Origin: Phototrophicaceae bacterium
GTDB lineage: Bacteria > Chloroflexota > Anaerolineae > Aggregatilineales > Phototrophicaceae
Assembly: GCA_965115865.1 (NCBI GenBank)
Contig: OZ220469.1
Span: 586,638 to 650,637 of the forward strand
DNA: 64,000 nt
Direction of reading: 5' to 3'
Positions within the stretch are counted from its first letter, which is position 1. Each line of letters begins with the position of its first letter. Made by a program: the position numbers and the translations under genes. The notes under the pieces were generated by a model. The model worked only from the letters and a program-made list of their open reading frames with translations, did not search any database and was not told where the DNA came from. Shown here one piece after another: positions 26,325-34,781 of this stretch.

Positions 26325-27554
26325 TCAATGCGCGCTGAGCGGTCGCTCAGCGGACTGGAGATTGGACCAGCGCATCAAATAGAAACTGGGTGGCAACATG
26401 AACAAGAATATCATCAAACTGGCGTAGAAAGGGAGGCGTGGGTGCGTATCGAAGAGGGAACCGGCGAAAGCGGTACCGAAAATGGTCGCCAGGCTACTGG
26501 CCGATTGTACCCAACCCAGGATGGCGCCGCGCACCTCGTCGCGGGCGGCCCGCGTGGCCATCACCTGCAATGCCGGCAGCATCGTCCCGACGCCCAGGGC
26601 CGATAGGATGCCGGAGATGGGGGAAAAAAGAAAGCCGCTGCCGCTGCCCATCATGGCCATCACGGCGGCGCCGCTGCCCCGCCCCGCCAACCCCCAAAAG
26701 GCCAATTGGCCGATGCGGAAGCGCGTCAACAGCCAGGGTAATAACCACCATTGCGTCGCCACTTGCCCCAGCCCAAAGGACATGAAAACGAGGCCCACGC
26801 CCAGCGTCACTTGCGCGCTAGGAAAACCGGCGAACATCACCGTCTCACCATAGAGAGCGAAGGTGGATAGCATCAAACCCAAACTGATGGTCGTACAAAA
26901 GGTCACCGTCAAGATGAAGATGAGGGGCAGATTGTCCAGCAATTCTCTGCTGGAGATGGTGGTTTTCGCCCTATCCTGTGCGCCCAGTTTCGGCGCGTGG
27001 CTTTCGGTTATGGTGATTTGGATGATACCCACGGTCAGAAAGGCCACTAGCGCGGCGATCAAGAAAGGTACCTGCGCGCCGAAGAGCGCCGATAGAGCGC
27101 TACCGATTAGCGGCCCGAGTACCAAACCGAGCCCCATCGCTCCCCAGATCTTGCCCAGCGCTTCCGTATGTCGCTCAGGGGGCGTGATATCGGTCATATA
27201 AGCCTGGGCGACGATGAGATTGCCACCGGTGATGCCATCGAGGATGCGGGCGAAGAAGAGCAATTCGACGCTGCCGGCGACGGCGATGAGCGCGAAACTC
27301 ACCGCGGTCCCCAATTGGCTCAAAAGCAACACTCGCAGTCGGCCGTAGCGGTCACTCCAGCGGCCCAGCAGGGGCCCCGCTAAGAATTGGGCGCCGAAAA
27401 AGATGGAGATGAGGAAGGCGATGACTGTAGAGGAAACGGCAAAGCGCTCTTTGGCGTAGAGCGGCAAGATGGGTACGACCATCATGGTGCCAGAGAATTG
27501 TACAAAAACGATGAGCAGGATGGTCCAATAAGCGCTGCGTTGCTTGCCAATCAT
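26325..27554 (-). CDS. MFS transporter (12 TM, drug/H+ antiporter-like)
   Basis: G-R-W-S-D-R-Y-G-R-L-R-V-L-L loop 2-3 motif and 12 hydrophobic segments. ATG 27554 sits 6 nt downstream of TATGAT with no SD. Confidence 0.8.
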   Translation of the reverse strand: MIGKQRSAYWTILLIVFVQFSGTMMVVPILPLYAKERFAVSSTVIAFLISIFFGAQFLAGPLLGRWSDRYGRLRVLLLSQLGTAVSFALIAVAGSVELLFFARILDGITGGNLIVAQAYMTDITPPERHTEALGKIWGAMGLGLVLGPLIGSALSALFGAQVPFLIAALVAFLTVGIIQITITESHAPKLGAQDRAKTTISSRELLDNLPLIFILTVTFCTTISLGLMLSTFALYGETVMFAGFPSAQVTLGVGLVFMSFGLGQVATQWWLLPWLLTRFRIGQLAFWGLAGRGSGAAVMAMMGSGSGFLFSPISGILSALGVGTMLPALQVMATRAARDEVRGAILGWVQSASSLATIFGTAFAGSLFDTHPRLPFYASLMIFLFMLPPSFYLMRWSNLQSAERPLSAH

Positions 27555-27566
27555 GAGCGTATCATA
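27555..27566 (-). promoter_or_regulatory. -10 box TATGAT, 6 nt upstream of ATG 27554 (leaderless-type start of the MFS gene)
   Basis: The minus strand reads CCATTATGATACGCTCATG. A small CCCCG-TCG-CGGGG hairpin lies just upstream. Confidence 0.35.
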
Positions 27567-27611
27567 ATGGAGGCCCCCGCGACGGGGTAGGGGTGTGTTG
27601 CTGTGTTGAAA

Positions 27612-28310
27612 TTACGGGGCAGTGAAGCGCCAGAAGGCGCCGAGCAAACCCACTGCGGTGAAGATGGCTTCCGCCTCGGCCGGGCTGCGGCCGCGGTAAC
27701 TGGCCGCCAGCCGTCCGCCATACCAGCGTTGTGCGAGCGCCCAGACCACTCTCAGGGGAACGATGGCGCCCTGCGGTTCGCCCGTCCGCGAGCACCACTC
27801 ACCCACCTCCGCTTCCGACCGGAAGAGCAGCATGGTCGCTCAGGTATGAATCAGGTCTTCATACCAGCGGTGGACCGGTAGGGCGAAATGCACGAAAAAG
27901 GCGGGCGTGCGCAAGTCACCAGCCAGCACAGCCAAGCGCAATTCCTCGCGTGTGATGGGATTCCGCGCTACGATACGCGCGTCTTGCTTGAGTAGCGCGC
28001 TCACCCCCAACGCATCCCAGGCACAATTGGCCCAAAGGAGCCGCTCGCCACGCGCTGAGGCTTCGGATATCCAGACGGCGTAATCGGTTTCTCGGGCAGC
28101 GAGGGGGTTGGCCATGAGGATTTCGCCATGCTCATCGAGCAAAATCTGGTGCGCTTGGTGCAGGCGTCGATAAGCGGCGCGGGTAGTGGCGAGCGTGCGA
28201 CCACACTCCTTTGCCATATCGGCCGCGCTGGGTGGCCGGCCGCGCTCAACGAAGCGCGCGTAAATCTCCGCGCGCAATTGCCAATCGCTTTCCGAGAGTC
28301 TCGCGCTCAT
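27612..28310 (-). CDS. Alkylmercury lyase (MerB) family protein with an in-frame TGA at the second catalytic Cys position; candidate selenoprotein, otherwise a nonsense pseudogene
   Basis: Two same-frame ORFs (28310..27840 and 27833..27612) are separated by TGA 27842..27840. W-A-N-C-A-W-D-A-L-G corresponds to the MerB Cys96/Asp99 motif. [TGA]-A-T-M-L-L-F-R-S...G-E-W aligns with MerB C159-H-V-H-F-F-A-S...E-D-W. A SECIS-like hairpin follows 10 nt downstream. Confidence 0.6.
27807..27830 (-). promoter_or_regulatory. SECIS-like mRNA hairpin downstream of the in-frame UGA of the MerB-like gene
   Basis: mRNA: UGA GCGACCAUG CUGCUCUUCC-GGUC-GGAAGCGGAG. The core is 5 bp CUUCC/GGAAG (27825..27812) with a GGUC loop. 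The loop G-U lies 23-24 nt after the U of the UGA. Confidence 0.5.
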
Positions 28311-28319
28311 ACCCCCGCT

Positions 28320-29522
28320 TCACTCCTCGCGCAATATTTGTTCGTAGAGCGCATGATAGCGCGCTGCGACGCCCGCCCAACCATAGCGCTCAGCCACAAG
28401 GGCACGGGCGGATTGGGCGAGCGCGCTTTGGCGCTCTGTGTCCTTCAACAATTCCAGCGTTCGCTCGGCGAGCTGCTCGTCGCTAGCGGCGAGTAACGCT
28501 TGTTGGCCATCCACTACGCCGGCGATGCCGGCCACGCTCAAGGGCGTCGCCACTACTGGCAGATTGGCGGCGAAGGCTTCCAGCAATTTGTTCTGAATAC
28601 CTGTGCCAAAACGCAGTGGACAGACGAATACCGTCGCTCGTGAGAGATGGGGGCGTAGCGATTCCACGAAACCCGTTACGCGGATTTGCTCAGTGGCTAG
28701 TGCGCGCAATTCCGAGGGCGGTGCCGCGCCCACTAGCCAGAGCTGCGCTTTGGGATGGTGTTTGCGGATTATGGGGAAAATTTGATTGGCCAGGCGCAAC
28801 GCTGCATCGCGATTCGGGGCGTAGGCATAATTGCCCACGAAAAGCAATACCGGCGATTGCGTCGGGCGTTTTTCGTTGAATTCCGGTAGATCTACGCCAT
28901 TGGGGATGAGCGCCAAGCGCTGCTTCGGCTGCCGCCGCGCCAATTGGTGTCGATCCGCTTCGGCGACAACCACCGTCCGCGCGAAGGGGCGGTAGAGCCA
29001 GCTTTCATAATGCGCGGCAATGAGACGAGCGGCCCGCAAGCGCCAACGCTCTCGTCCGCGCGCGACTTTCGCCGCGCGTTGGAGATAAAGCGCGTAGCTT
29101 TCGTAAGGGGTGATGAGGGCGGGTTTTCCCGCCAGCGCCCGCCAGCATTCGTAGACGCGAACGCCGCCAAAGCAATGAACGAGGTGGTGATGAGGGGCCC
29201 GTTCACGCGCCGCCTCCCAGAGCGCGGGAGACCAAGCCTGCGTCGCCCGCGCGGGGAAGCGCCGCCAGGGAAAGAGCGCCCGCGCCGCCGTACTCCAGGC
29301 GCCACGTTTTCCGGCTTTTACCCAGCGCCAATTCTGGAAATAGGGGGCGAAATGTTTTTCATTCTCGGCGAGTTGAGCGCGATCTTCCTGTCCTTCGCTC
29401 AGCGCAATCAATTCCAGTTCCAGGCCGCGCGCTGCCAATTCACGCGCCAGGTGAAAAAGGATGAGACGATCGCCGAAATGCAGTGGGTAGGGTGGGCAAC
29501 GCGAGACCAGGAGTAACCGCAT
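28320..29522 (-). CDS. GT-B fold glycosyltransferase (family 4/1-like)
   Basis: MRLLLVSR.PPYP N-terminus and a C-terminal F-G-T-G-I-Q-N-K-L-L-E-A-F-A-A-N-L-P-V-V-A-T (E-x7-E-like) motif. ATG 29522 lies 10 nt after the upstream stop. Confidence 0.75.
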   Translation of the reverse strand: MRLLLVSRCPPYPLHFGDRLILFHLARELAARGLELELIALSEGQEDRAQLAENEKHFAPYFQNWRWVKAGKRGAWSTAARALFPWRRFPARATQAWSPALWEAARERAPHHHLVHCFGGVRVYECWRALAGKPALITPYESYALYLQRAAKVARGRERWRLRAARLIAAHYESWLYRPFARTVVVAEADRHQLARRQPKQRLALIPNGVDLPEFNEKRPTQSPVLLFVGNYAYAPNRDAALRLANQIFPIIRKHHPKAQLWLVGAAPPSELRALATEQIRVTGFVESLRPHLSRATVFVCPLRFGTGIQNKLLEAFAANLPVVATPLSVAGIAGVVDGQQALLAASDEQLAERTLELLKDTERQSALAQSARALVAERYGWAGVAARYHALYEQILREE

Positions 29523-29532
29523 GAATGTCTCG

Positions 29533-30546
29533 CTAGGGGCGGCGCGCGCGCGGCATGGGGCGCTGTGGTGTGTCCTCCAGTAATCCGCCATGCCCCAGGC
29601 GCAGCAAATCCGACCGTGTCAAGCGCTCACCCGCCACCAGGCGCGGTAGCAGCCAATCGATCACATTGGTCTTGGGTGATTGGATGCAGCCCGGCGCCCC
29701 CACCACCGCCACCTCCCCCAAATACCCCAGCAAAAGTAATGTGCCCGGGTCGACCGGGACGCCAAAATGCGTCACGCTCCCGCCCGCTTGTGCGAGGGCT
29801 GTGGGTACGACATCCGCTCGGTCGATGATGGCGCTGATGCCCGCAGACAGGATGATGCTGGCGCTCCTCGCCTCTTCCGCCAATACCGCCGCCAACGCGC
29901 TGGCCTCATGCGCGACGAAGCGCGGCGCGCGCAGCTCACAACCCAACGCTTCCACCCGCCGTCGCACCGGAGCGACGAAACTGCGCTCTAAGCGGTCGTG
30001 GGCTGCCGGCGGGCCGCTGAGGATGAGCGAGATTGTCAACTCTCGCAATGGGCGAATGGCGAGCAGGGGTGCCGCTTCGCGCGCGCTGGCGGTGGCATCC
30101 TGAACGCGCGCGGCCGGGATGGCGAAAGGCACCACCTTGACGAGGGCGAGCATCTCACCCTCCGCGACCAAACTATGTTCGCGCAGGGTGGCGATGGTGA
30201 TGCCATCATCGATCATATTCAGGCGTTCGAGCAGGGCACCTTGTAAGCGTAGGGTGCCGCGGCGGCGCGCATGCAAGGTGGCGCGGCCGGCGCCGCCCGC
30301 CCGCGCTTCGACATGCTCTCCCGCTAGGGGCGCAGCGATGAGGCGGGCGGCCTCGTCTTCTCCCAGATCACCCGCTTCGAGGCGCGCGACGATCAATTCT
30401 TGATGGCCGAGTGCTACCAGGCGGGCGCAATCCTCTTCGCTCAGGGAATGCCCTTTGGCGAAGAGACTGCGGCCATCCGCGCCGACCAGCCGATGAGCGA
30501 GCAAACAACCGACAGCCTTCTGGGTGGCGATGGGTCCGAATTGCAT
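29533..30546 (-). CDS. Molybdopterin-binding (MoeA domain-III / MoCF_biosynth-like) protein
   Basis: The C-terminal half I-I-L-S-A-G-I-S-A-I-I-D-R-A-D-V-V-P...F-G-V-P-V-D-P-G-T-L-L-L-L-G...V-V-G-A-P-G-C resembles the MoeA/MogA cofactor-binding fold. Located directly after xdhC. ATG 30546 was chosen; the ORF opens at 30681 inside xdhC. Confidence 0.55.
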   Translation of the reverse strand: MQFGPIATQKAVGCLLAHRLVGADGRSLFAKGHSLSEEDCARLVALGHQELIVARLEAGDLGEDEAARLIAAPLAGEHVEARAGGAGRATLHARRRGTLRLQGALLERLNMIDDGITIATLREHSLVAEGEMLALVKVVPFAIPAARVQDATASAREAAPLLAIRPLRELTISLILSGPPAAHDRLERSFVAPVRRRVEALGCELRAPRFVAHEASALAAVLAEEARSASIILSAGISAIIDRADVVPTALAQAGGSVTHFGVPVDPGTLLLLGYLGEVAVVGAPGCIQSPKTNVIDWLLPRLVAGERLTRSDLLRLGHGGLLEDTPQRPMPRARRP

Positions 30547-30559
30547 GGCCGGCAGGCGC

Positions 30560-31585
30560 CTAAGCGGCGCCGTTCTTGACCGCGACGATTTCCGACATGA
30601 TGGCCAGGGCGATTTCCTCCGGCGCCCGCGCGCCGATTTCCAGACCGATTGGTGTGCGGATACGGGCAAGTTGTTCTTCACTCAGACCGGCGGCGCGCAG
30701 CCTCTCCAAGCGTTTGGCATGTGTGCGGCGACTGCTCAACACGCCAATGTAGGGGGCGGGGCTCGGTAAAGCGACGCGCAGGGCGCCATCATCGATCTTG
30801 GGATCATGCGTGAGCACGGCGACATAAGTCTCGGTATCGAGGCCGATGGCCGCTAGCGCCTCTGCGGGATAGCGGTTTTCGATGGTGTCGACCGTCGGAA
30901 AGCGCTCGGCGCTGGCAAAAACGGCGCGCGGGTCGACCAAGGAGACGCGGAAACCCAGGGGCTCCGCCAACGCGACCAGGGGGATGGCGACATGCACGCC
31001 ACCGACGATGATCAGGTGTGGCCGTGGGTGCAGGAAATCGACGAGCACATCATGCCCCGCGATTTGCAAGCGCTGGGAAGATCCTTCACCATTGACATCG
31101 CTGAGCTCCGCCCGCTGAAAGAGGGCCGCGGTCGTTTCGGCGCCGGGTTTATGACGGATATTGCCGCGCGCATCGCGCAATGCCTTGGCGCCGCGGGCCG
31201 GGCCGGATAAGGCCGTGAGCGTCGTCAGTTTTTCGTCGGCACGGGCGGCGGCGCTGGCCAGTTGCCACCAAATCGCATCCAAGCGCTCGACAAAGACACT
31301 GATGCGTCCGCCACAAGTGAGCCCGACCGACCAGGCCTCATCGTCGCTGACGCCGAAATCGAGCAATTGCGCTTCTCCGCTTCTCAGTGTTTCCAAGGCG
31401 GCCTCGACGACAGCGTTTTCCACGCAGCCACCGCTGACGGAGCCGCTGATGGCCATATCCGCTCGGACGGCCATCTTGGCGCCCACGCCGCGCGGCGCCG
31501 ACCCCCAGGTGGAAACGACTGTGGCCAGGGCGATATCCTCCCCGCGGGATAGCCATTCATCAACGGACGGTATAATTTCACGCAT
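30560..31585 (-). CDS. xdhC: XdhC/CoxF-family molybdenum-cofactor insertion chaperone
   Basis: N-terminal XdhC_CoxI domain (ALATVV...GS.PR..GAKM.V...G...GS.SGGC.E) and a C-terminal Rossmann domain (L.IVGG.HVA..L). Confidence 0.8.
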   Translation of the reverse strand: MREIIPSVDEWLSRGEDIALATVVSTWGSAPRGVGAKMAVRADMAISGSVSGGCVENAVVEAALETLRSGEAQLLDFGVSDDEAWSVGLTCGGRISVFVERLDAIWWQLASAAARADEKLTTLTALSGPARGAKALRDARGNIRHKPGAETTAALFQRAELSDVNGEGSSQRLQIAGHDVLVDFLHPRPHLIIVGGVHVAIPLVALAEPLGFRVSLVDPRAVFASAERFPTVDTIENRYPAEALAAIGLDTETYVAVLTHDPKIDDGALRVALPSPAPYIGVLSSRRTHAKRLERLRAAGLSEEQLARIRTPIGLEIGARAPEEIALAIMSEIVAVKNGAA

Positions 31586-31613
31586 GGCTTGGAATTTCTC
31601 CTCCGCTCTCGCC

Positions 31614-32876
31614 TTAGGCGCTCAGCGCGGGCCTTAGGGCGGATTGGCGCCGCGCACGCCAATCGATTCTAGTCAATTGACGCGCTAGGGTGACCAAATT
31701 ATCCAAATTTCGGACCGGCAAAAAATCATCCACAAAGGGCAAAAGCGCCTGGGCGCCGCGCGTCAAGGGCTCGTAGGCGGGTGCTCCCAACAGCGGGTTG
31801 AGCCATAGCAGGCGCCAGCAGGAGCGTTGCAACCGTTCCGCTTCGTGTTGTAAGAGGGGGATGTCGCCACGGTCCCAGCCATCGGTGATGAGCATGACTA
31901 TGGCGCCACGCCCGAGCGTGCGCCGTGCCCAGCCATAGTTGAAATCGCGCAGGGCGAGCCCGGTTTGTGTACCACCGCCCCAATCCTGGACGCGCGAACC
32001 GACTCGCAACAAGGCCTCATCCACCGAACGATGGCGAATGGGGTGGGTGATGCGCGTCAAGCGGGTGCTGAAGACGAAACTCTCTACGCGGTAGAGACTA
32101 TCGGCTAAGGTGTGCATGAAATGCAAGAGGATGCGCGTATAGCGCTCCATACTGCCGCTGATATCGCAAATGAGGACGACCGGGCGCGCTTTCTGGCGCG
32201 CTTGACGCCTGGGGATTTCGAGAATTTCGCCGGCGTAGCGCGTGCTTTGGCGCAGGGCTGCGCGCAGATCGATGGCCTCCTGGCCGCCAGGCCGTTGACG
32301 GCGTGTCCTCCTCAACGCCAGGCTGGCTGGCAACTGGCTGAGCAGTTGACGCGCCTGCTCCAACTCGCTCTCGGTCATATCGGCGAAGGCTTTCTGCCGC
32401 AAAGTTTCCCGCGGGCTGAAGGTGGGAACGATGGCCAGGAGCGCTTCGTCGACCGCCCGCGCCTCATCCTCAGCGTCTTCTGGCAAGTCGGCCGGCGGCA
32501 GGGCATGTTGTCTCTTTTGACGCTCTTCGCCGATGGATTTCAGGTTCAGTTTGGTCCAACCCTCGGTTGGGCGGCGCCAAAAAAGGGCGAAAGCTTCGTC
32601 GAAAGGCGCCAGGTCGCCCTGTCGCGTCACCATCAGCGCGCGCAGGGCATGGTAGAATTCCTCGCGCTCACCGAGGCGGATTTGTAGCAGCGCTTCGGCG
32701 ACCAAGAGCATGCGGTTGGGGTTGATATCCATTCCCAAGGCTTTGCAAACGCGCCCGAAGAGCAAAAGGTTGTGTAACAGCTGACCGCCGCGATATTGCG
32801 CCCCCGCTTCTAGATAGAGCGAACGCAAAGGCGATGGTTCGGATTGGCCGCTGTTGCTGAGGAAAGGCGCAGGCAT
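31614..32876 (-). CDS. coxE: CoxE-like VWA-domain protein
   Basis: VWA MIDAS segment V-V-L-I-C-D-I-S-G-S-M. ATG 32876 shares one base with the coxD stop (TGATG). Confidence 0.75.
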   Translation of the reverse strand: MPAPFLSNSGQSEPSPLRSLYLEAGAQYRGGQLLHNLLLFGRVCKALGMDINPNRMLLVAEALLQIRLGEREEFYHALRALMVTRQGDLAPFDEAFALFWRRPTEGWTKLNLKSIGEERQKRQHALPPADLPEDAEDEARAVDEALLAIVPTFSPRETLRQKAFADMTESELEQARQLLSQLPASLALRRTRRQRPGGQEAIDLRAALRQSTRYAGEILEIPRRQARQKARPVVLICDISGSMERYTRILLHFMHTLADSLYRVESFVFSTRLTRITHPIRHRSVDEALLRVGSRVQDWGGGTQTGLALRDFNYGWARRTLGRGAIVMLITDGWDRGDIPLLQHEAERLQRSCWRLLWLNPLLGAPAYEPLTRGAQALLPFVDDFLPVRNLDNLVTLARQLTRIDWRARRQSALRPALSA

Positions 32877-33802
32877 CAACCAGCCGCGTTGCTGATGGGT
32901 TGGCGGTCCGCTTCCAGGCGCGCGCGCGCGTAGAGCGCCGCCAGCGCCTCTTCGCCGAGTAGCTCCACATCGTCTTGATATTTGAGGATGACGCCCAGCG
33001 TATCACCGACCACTTCGAGGGCGAGCGCCTGTTGGTCGAGGGCGATGAGGGCGGCTGTCCAATCCAAGGTTTCGGCGACGCCGGGTCGCTTGAATAGCTC
33101 GAGGCGGCGCATCTCCTGGATGAAGGCGGTGATTTGCCGCGCGAGCGCCTCTTCGGCTTTCGGTTGCTTGCGGCGCAAAATTGTCAACTCTTTGGTGAAA
33201 CTGGGGTAGTCAATCCAGAAATACAAGCAGCGTCGCTTGAGCGCGTCATGAATCTCGCGCGTGCGGTTGGAGGTGATGATGACGATGGGCGGTTGGGAGG
33301 CGCGAATGGTGCCCAGTTCGGGGATGCTGACTTGAAATTCAGAGAGCAATTCGAGCAGAAAGGCTTCAAATTCCTCGTCGGCGCGGTCCAACTCGTCGAT
33401 GAGGAGAACGGGGGCGGGTTCGCTACGGATTGCTTGTAAGAGGGGGCGCTCGAGCAAGAAGCGCTCGCTGAATAGGGTTGCTTGCAATTCTTCGCGTTCG
33501 GCGCCGCTGGCCTCCAGCGCGCGCAGGTGCAGCAACTGCGCGGCGTAGTTCCATTCGTAGAGGGCGGCATTGGCATCCAGCCCCTCGTAGCATTGCAAAC
33601 GGATGAGCGGTCGTTCCAAGGCGCTGGCGAGGACCTTGGCGATTTCGGTTTTGCCAACGCCGGCTTCGCCTTCCAGGAAGAGTGGTTTGCCCAGGCGTAA
33701 AGAGAGGAATATGGCGGTCGCCAGTCCGCGCTCGGCGATGTAATCCTGCGCGCTGAGGATGGTCTGGACGGCGGTGACGTCGTTCAACTGGGGCATGGGC
33801 AA
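32876..33802 (-). CDS. coxD: CoxD/MoxR-type AAA+ ATPase
   Basis: Walker A L-E-G-E-A-G-V-G-K-T and Walker B L-L-I-D-E-L-D-R-A. TTG 33802 (SD GAGGAG 5 nt upstream) or ATG 33796. Confidence 0.85.
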   Translation of the reverse strand: MPMPQLNDVTAVQTILSAQDYIAERGLATAIFLSLRLGKPLFLEGEAGVGKTEIAKVLASALERPLIRLQCYEGLDANAALYEWNYAAQLLHLRALEASGAEREELQATLFSERFLLERPLLQAIRSEPAPVLLIDELDRADEEFEAFLLELLSEFQVSIPELGTIRASQPPIVIITSNRTREIHDALKRRCLYFWIDYPSFTKELTILRRKQPKAEEALARQITAFIQEMRRLELFKRPGVAETLDWTAALIALDQQALALEVVGDTLGVILKYQDDVELLGEEALAALYARARLEADRQPISNAAG

Positions 33803-33825
33803 CTCAACTCCTCAAGGGGATGGCC

Positions 33826-33854
33826 ATTATGCCAGTTCGCCGCGTTCCTGTCTA
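33826..33854 (-). promoter_or_regulatory. Internal promoter TAGACA-N17-CATAAT upstream of coxD
   Basis: The minus strand reads GTAGACAGGAACGCGGCGAACTGGCATAATGGCC, followed by SD GAGGAG and the coxD start. Confidence 0.45.
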
Positions 33855-33878
33855 CGGAGATTGCGGGCAATGGCCAAC

Positions 33879-33904
33879 AAGCGCCCTTCACAGGAAGGGC
33901 GCTT
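33879..33904 (-). terminator. Perfect 11-bp hairpin with tetraloop between coxM and coxD (terminator/attenuator or processing/stabilising element)
   Basis: AAGCGCCCTTC-ACAG-GAAGGGCGCTT on the plus strand. No strong U-tract on the minus-strand transcript. Confidence 0.5.
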
Positions 33905-33940
33905 GTACAATTGGTGGTCCATTGCGCGTTGCGCTTCGGT

Positions 33941-34780
33941 TCAGGAGAGCGCGGCGTGGATTGCCCTTTTCAAGAAAACGCCGCTCATCGCTTGGCGGTA
34001 GTCTTCGGGATAGGTGGCATCGCCCAGCAGTTGGTCGGCGATGTCGCCCTGAATCGCTTCAGCGGCCTGGTCGAGTGTGGCCTCATTGAGTTCGGCATTT
34101 TCCAACGCGGCCTCGGCGGCGCGGGCGCGCAGGGCATGGGTGGTCGCGCCGTTCACGGCGATACGCGCACTATGGCAATGTTGGCCAGTGGCGGAAATTT
34201 CCACAGCGACGCCGACCAGGGCATAACGGGAGGCCGGATGGGCCAGCTTGGCGTAGGCGCTGGTGTTTCCCGAGATGGGAAAGGTCACGCTGGTGATGAC
34301 CTCATCCGCTCCTAGGGCGGTGGTGAAGAGATCGATGAAGAAATCTTCGGCGGCGACGGACCGCGCGCCGGCGGGGCCTTGCAAATTCACGGTTGCGTTG
34401 AGGGCGATGAGGACAGCCGGCGGGTCGGAAGCGGGGTCGGCATGGGCGATATTGCCACCGATGGTGCCGAAATTGCGCACTTGGGGGTCGCCGATGCCGG
34501 CGGCGGCCTGCGCCAGGGCCGGCCAATCGCCAGCATTCGCGGCGATTTTGGCGTGGGTCGCCAACGCGCCAACATTGAGCCCTTGTCCGTTGCTCGTCAT
34601 CTCTCCCAGGCCCAGTCGGCCGATGTCCACCAGGGTGGCGGGTTCGGCAAGGCGCAATTTCATGGCTGGCAACAGGCTGTGCCCGCCGGCGAGCAATTTC
34701 GCATTTTCATTCTGGCCCAACGATTCGATGGCTTCCTCCAAGGAGGACGCTCGCAGATATTCAAAGGTTTTCGGCCACAT
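33941..34780 (-). CDS. coxM: Mo-hydroxylase (CODH/xanthine dehydrogenase family) FAD-binding medium subunit
   Basis: F-E-Y-L-R-A-S-S-L-E-E-A...L-L-A-G-G-H-S-L-L-P-A-M-K-L-R and G-T-I-G-G-N-I-A-H-A-D-P. ATG 34780 (279 aa) lies 1 nt after the coxL stop. The longer ORF-track version runs antisense-shadow into coxL. Confidence 0.85.
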   Translation of the reverse strand: MWPKTFEYLRASSLEEAIESLGQNENAKLLAGGHSLLPAMKLRLAEPATLVDIGRLGLGEMTSNGQGLNVGALATHAKIAANAGDWPALAQAAAGIGDPQVRNFGTIGGNIAHADPASDPPAVLIALNATVNLQGPAGARSVAAEDFFIDLFTTALGADEVITSVTFPISGNTSAYAKLAHPASRYALVGVAVEISATGQHCHSARIAVNGATTHALRARAAEAALENAELNEATLDQAAEAIQGDIADQLLGDATYPEDYRQAMSGVFLKRAIHAALS

Positions 34781-34781
34781 A

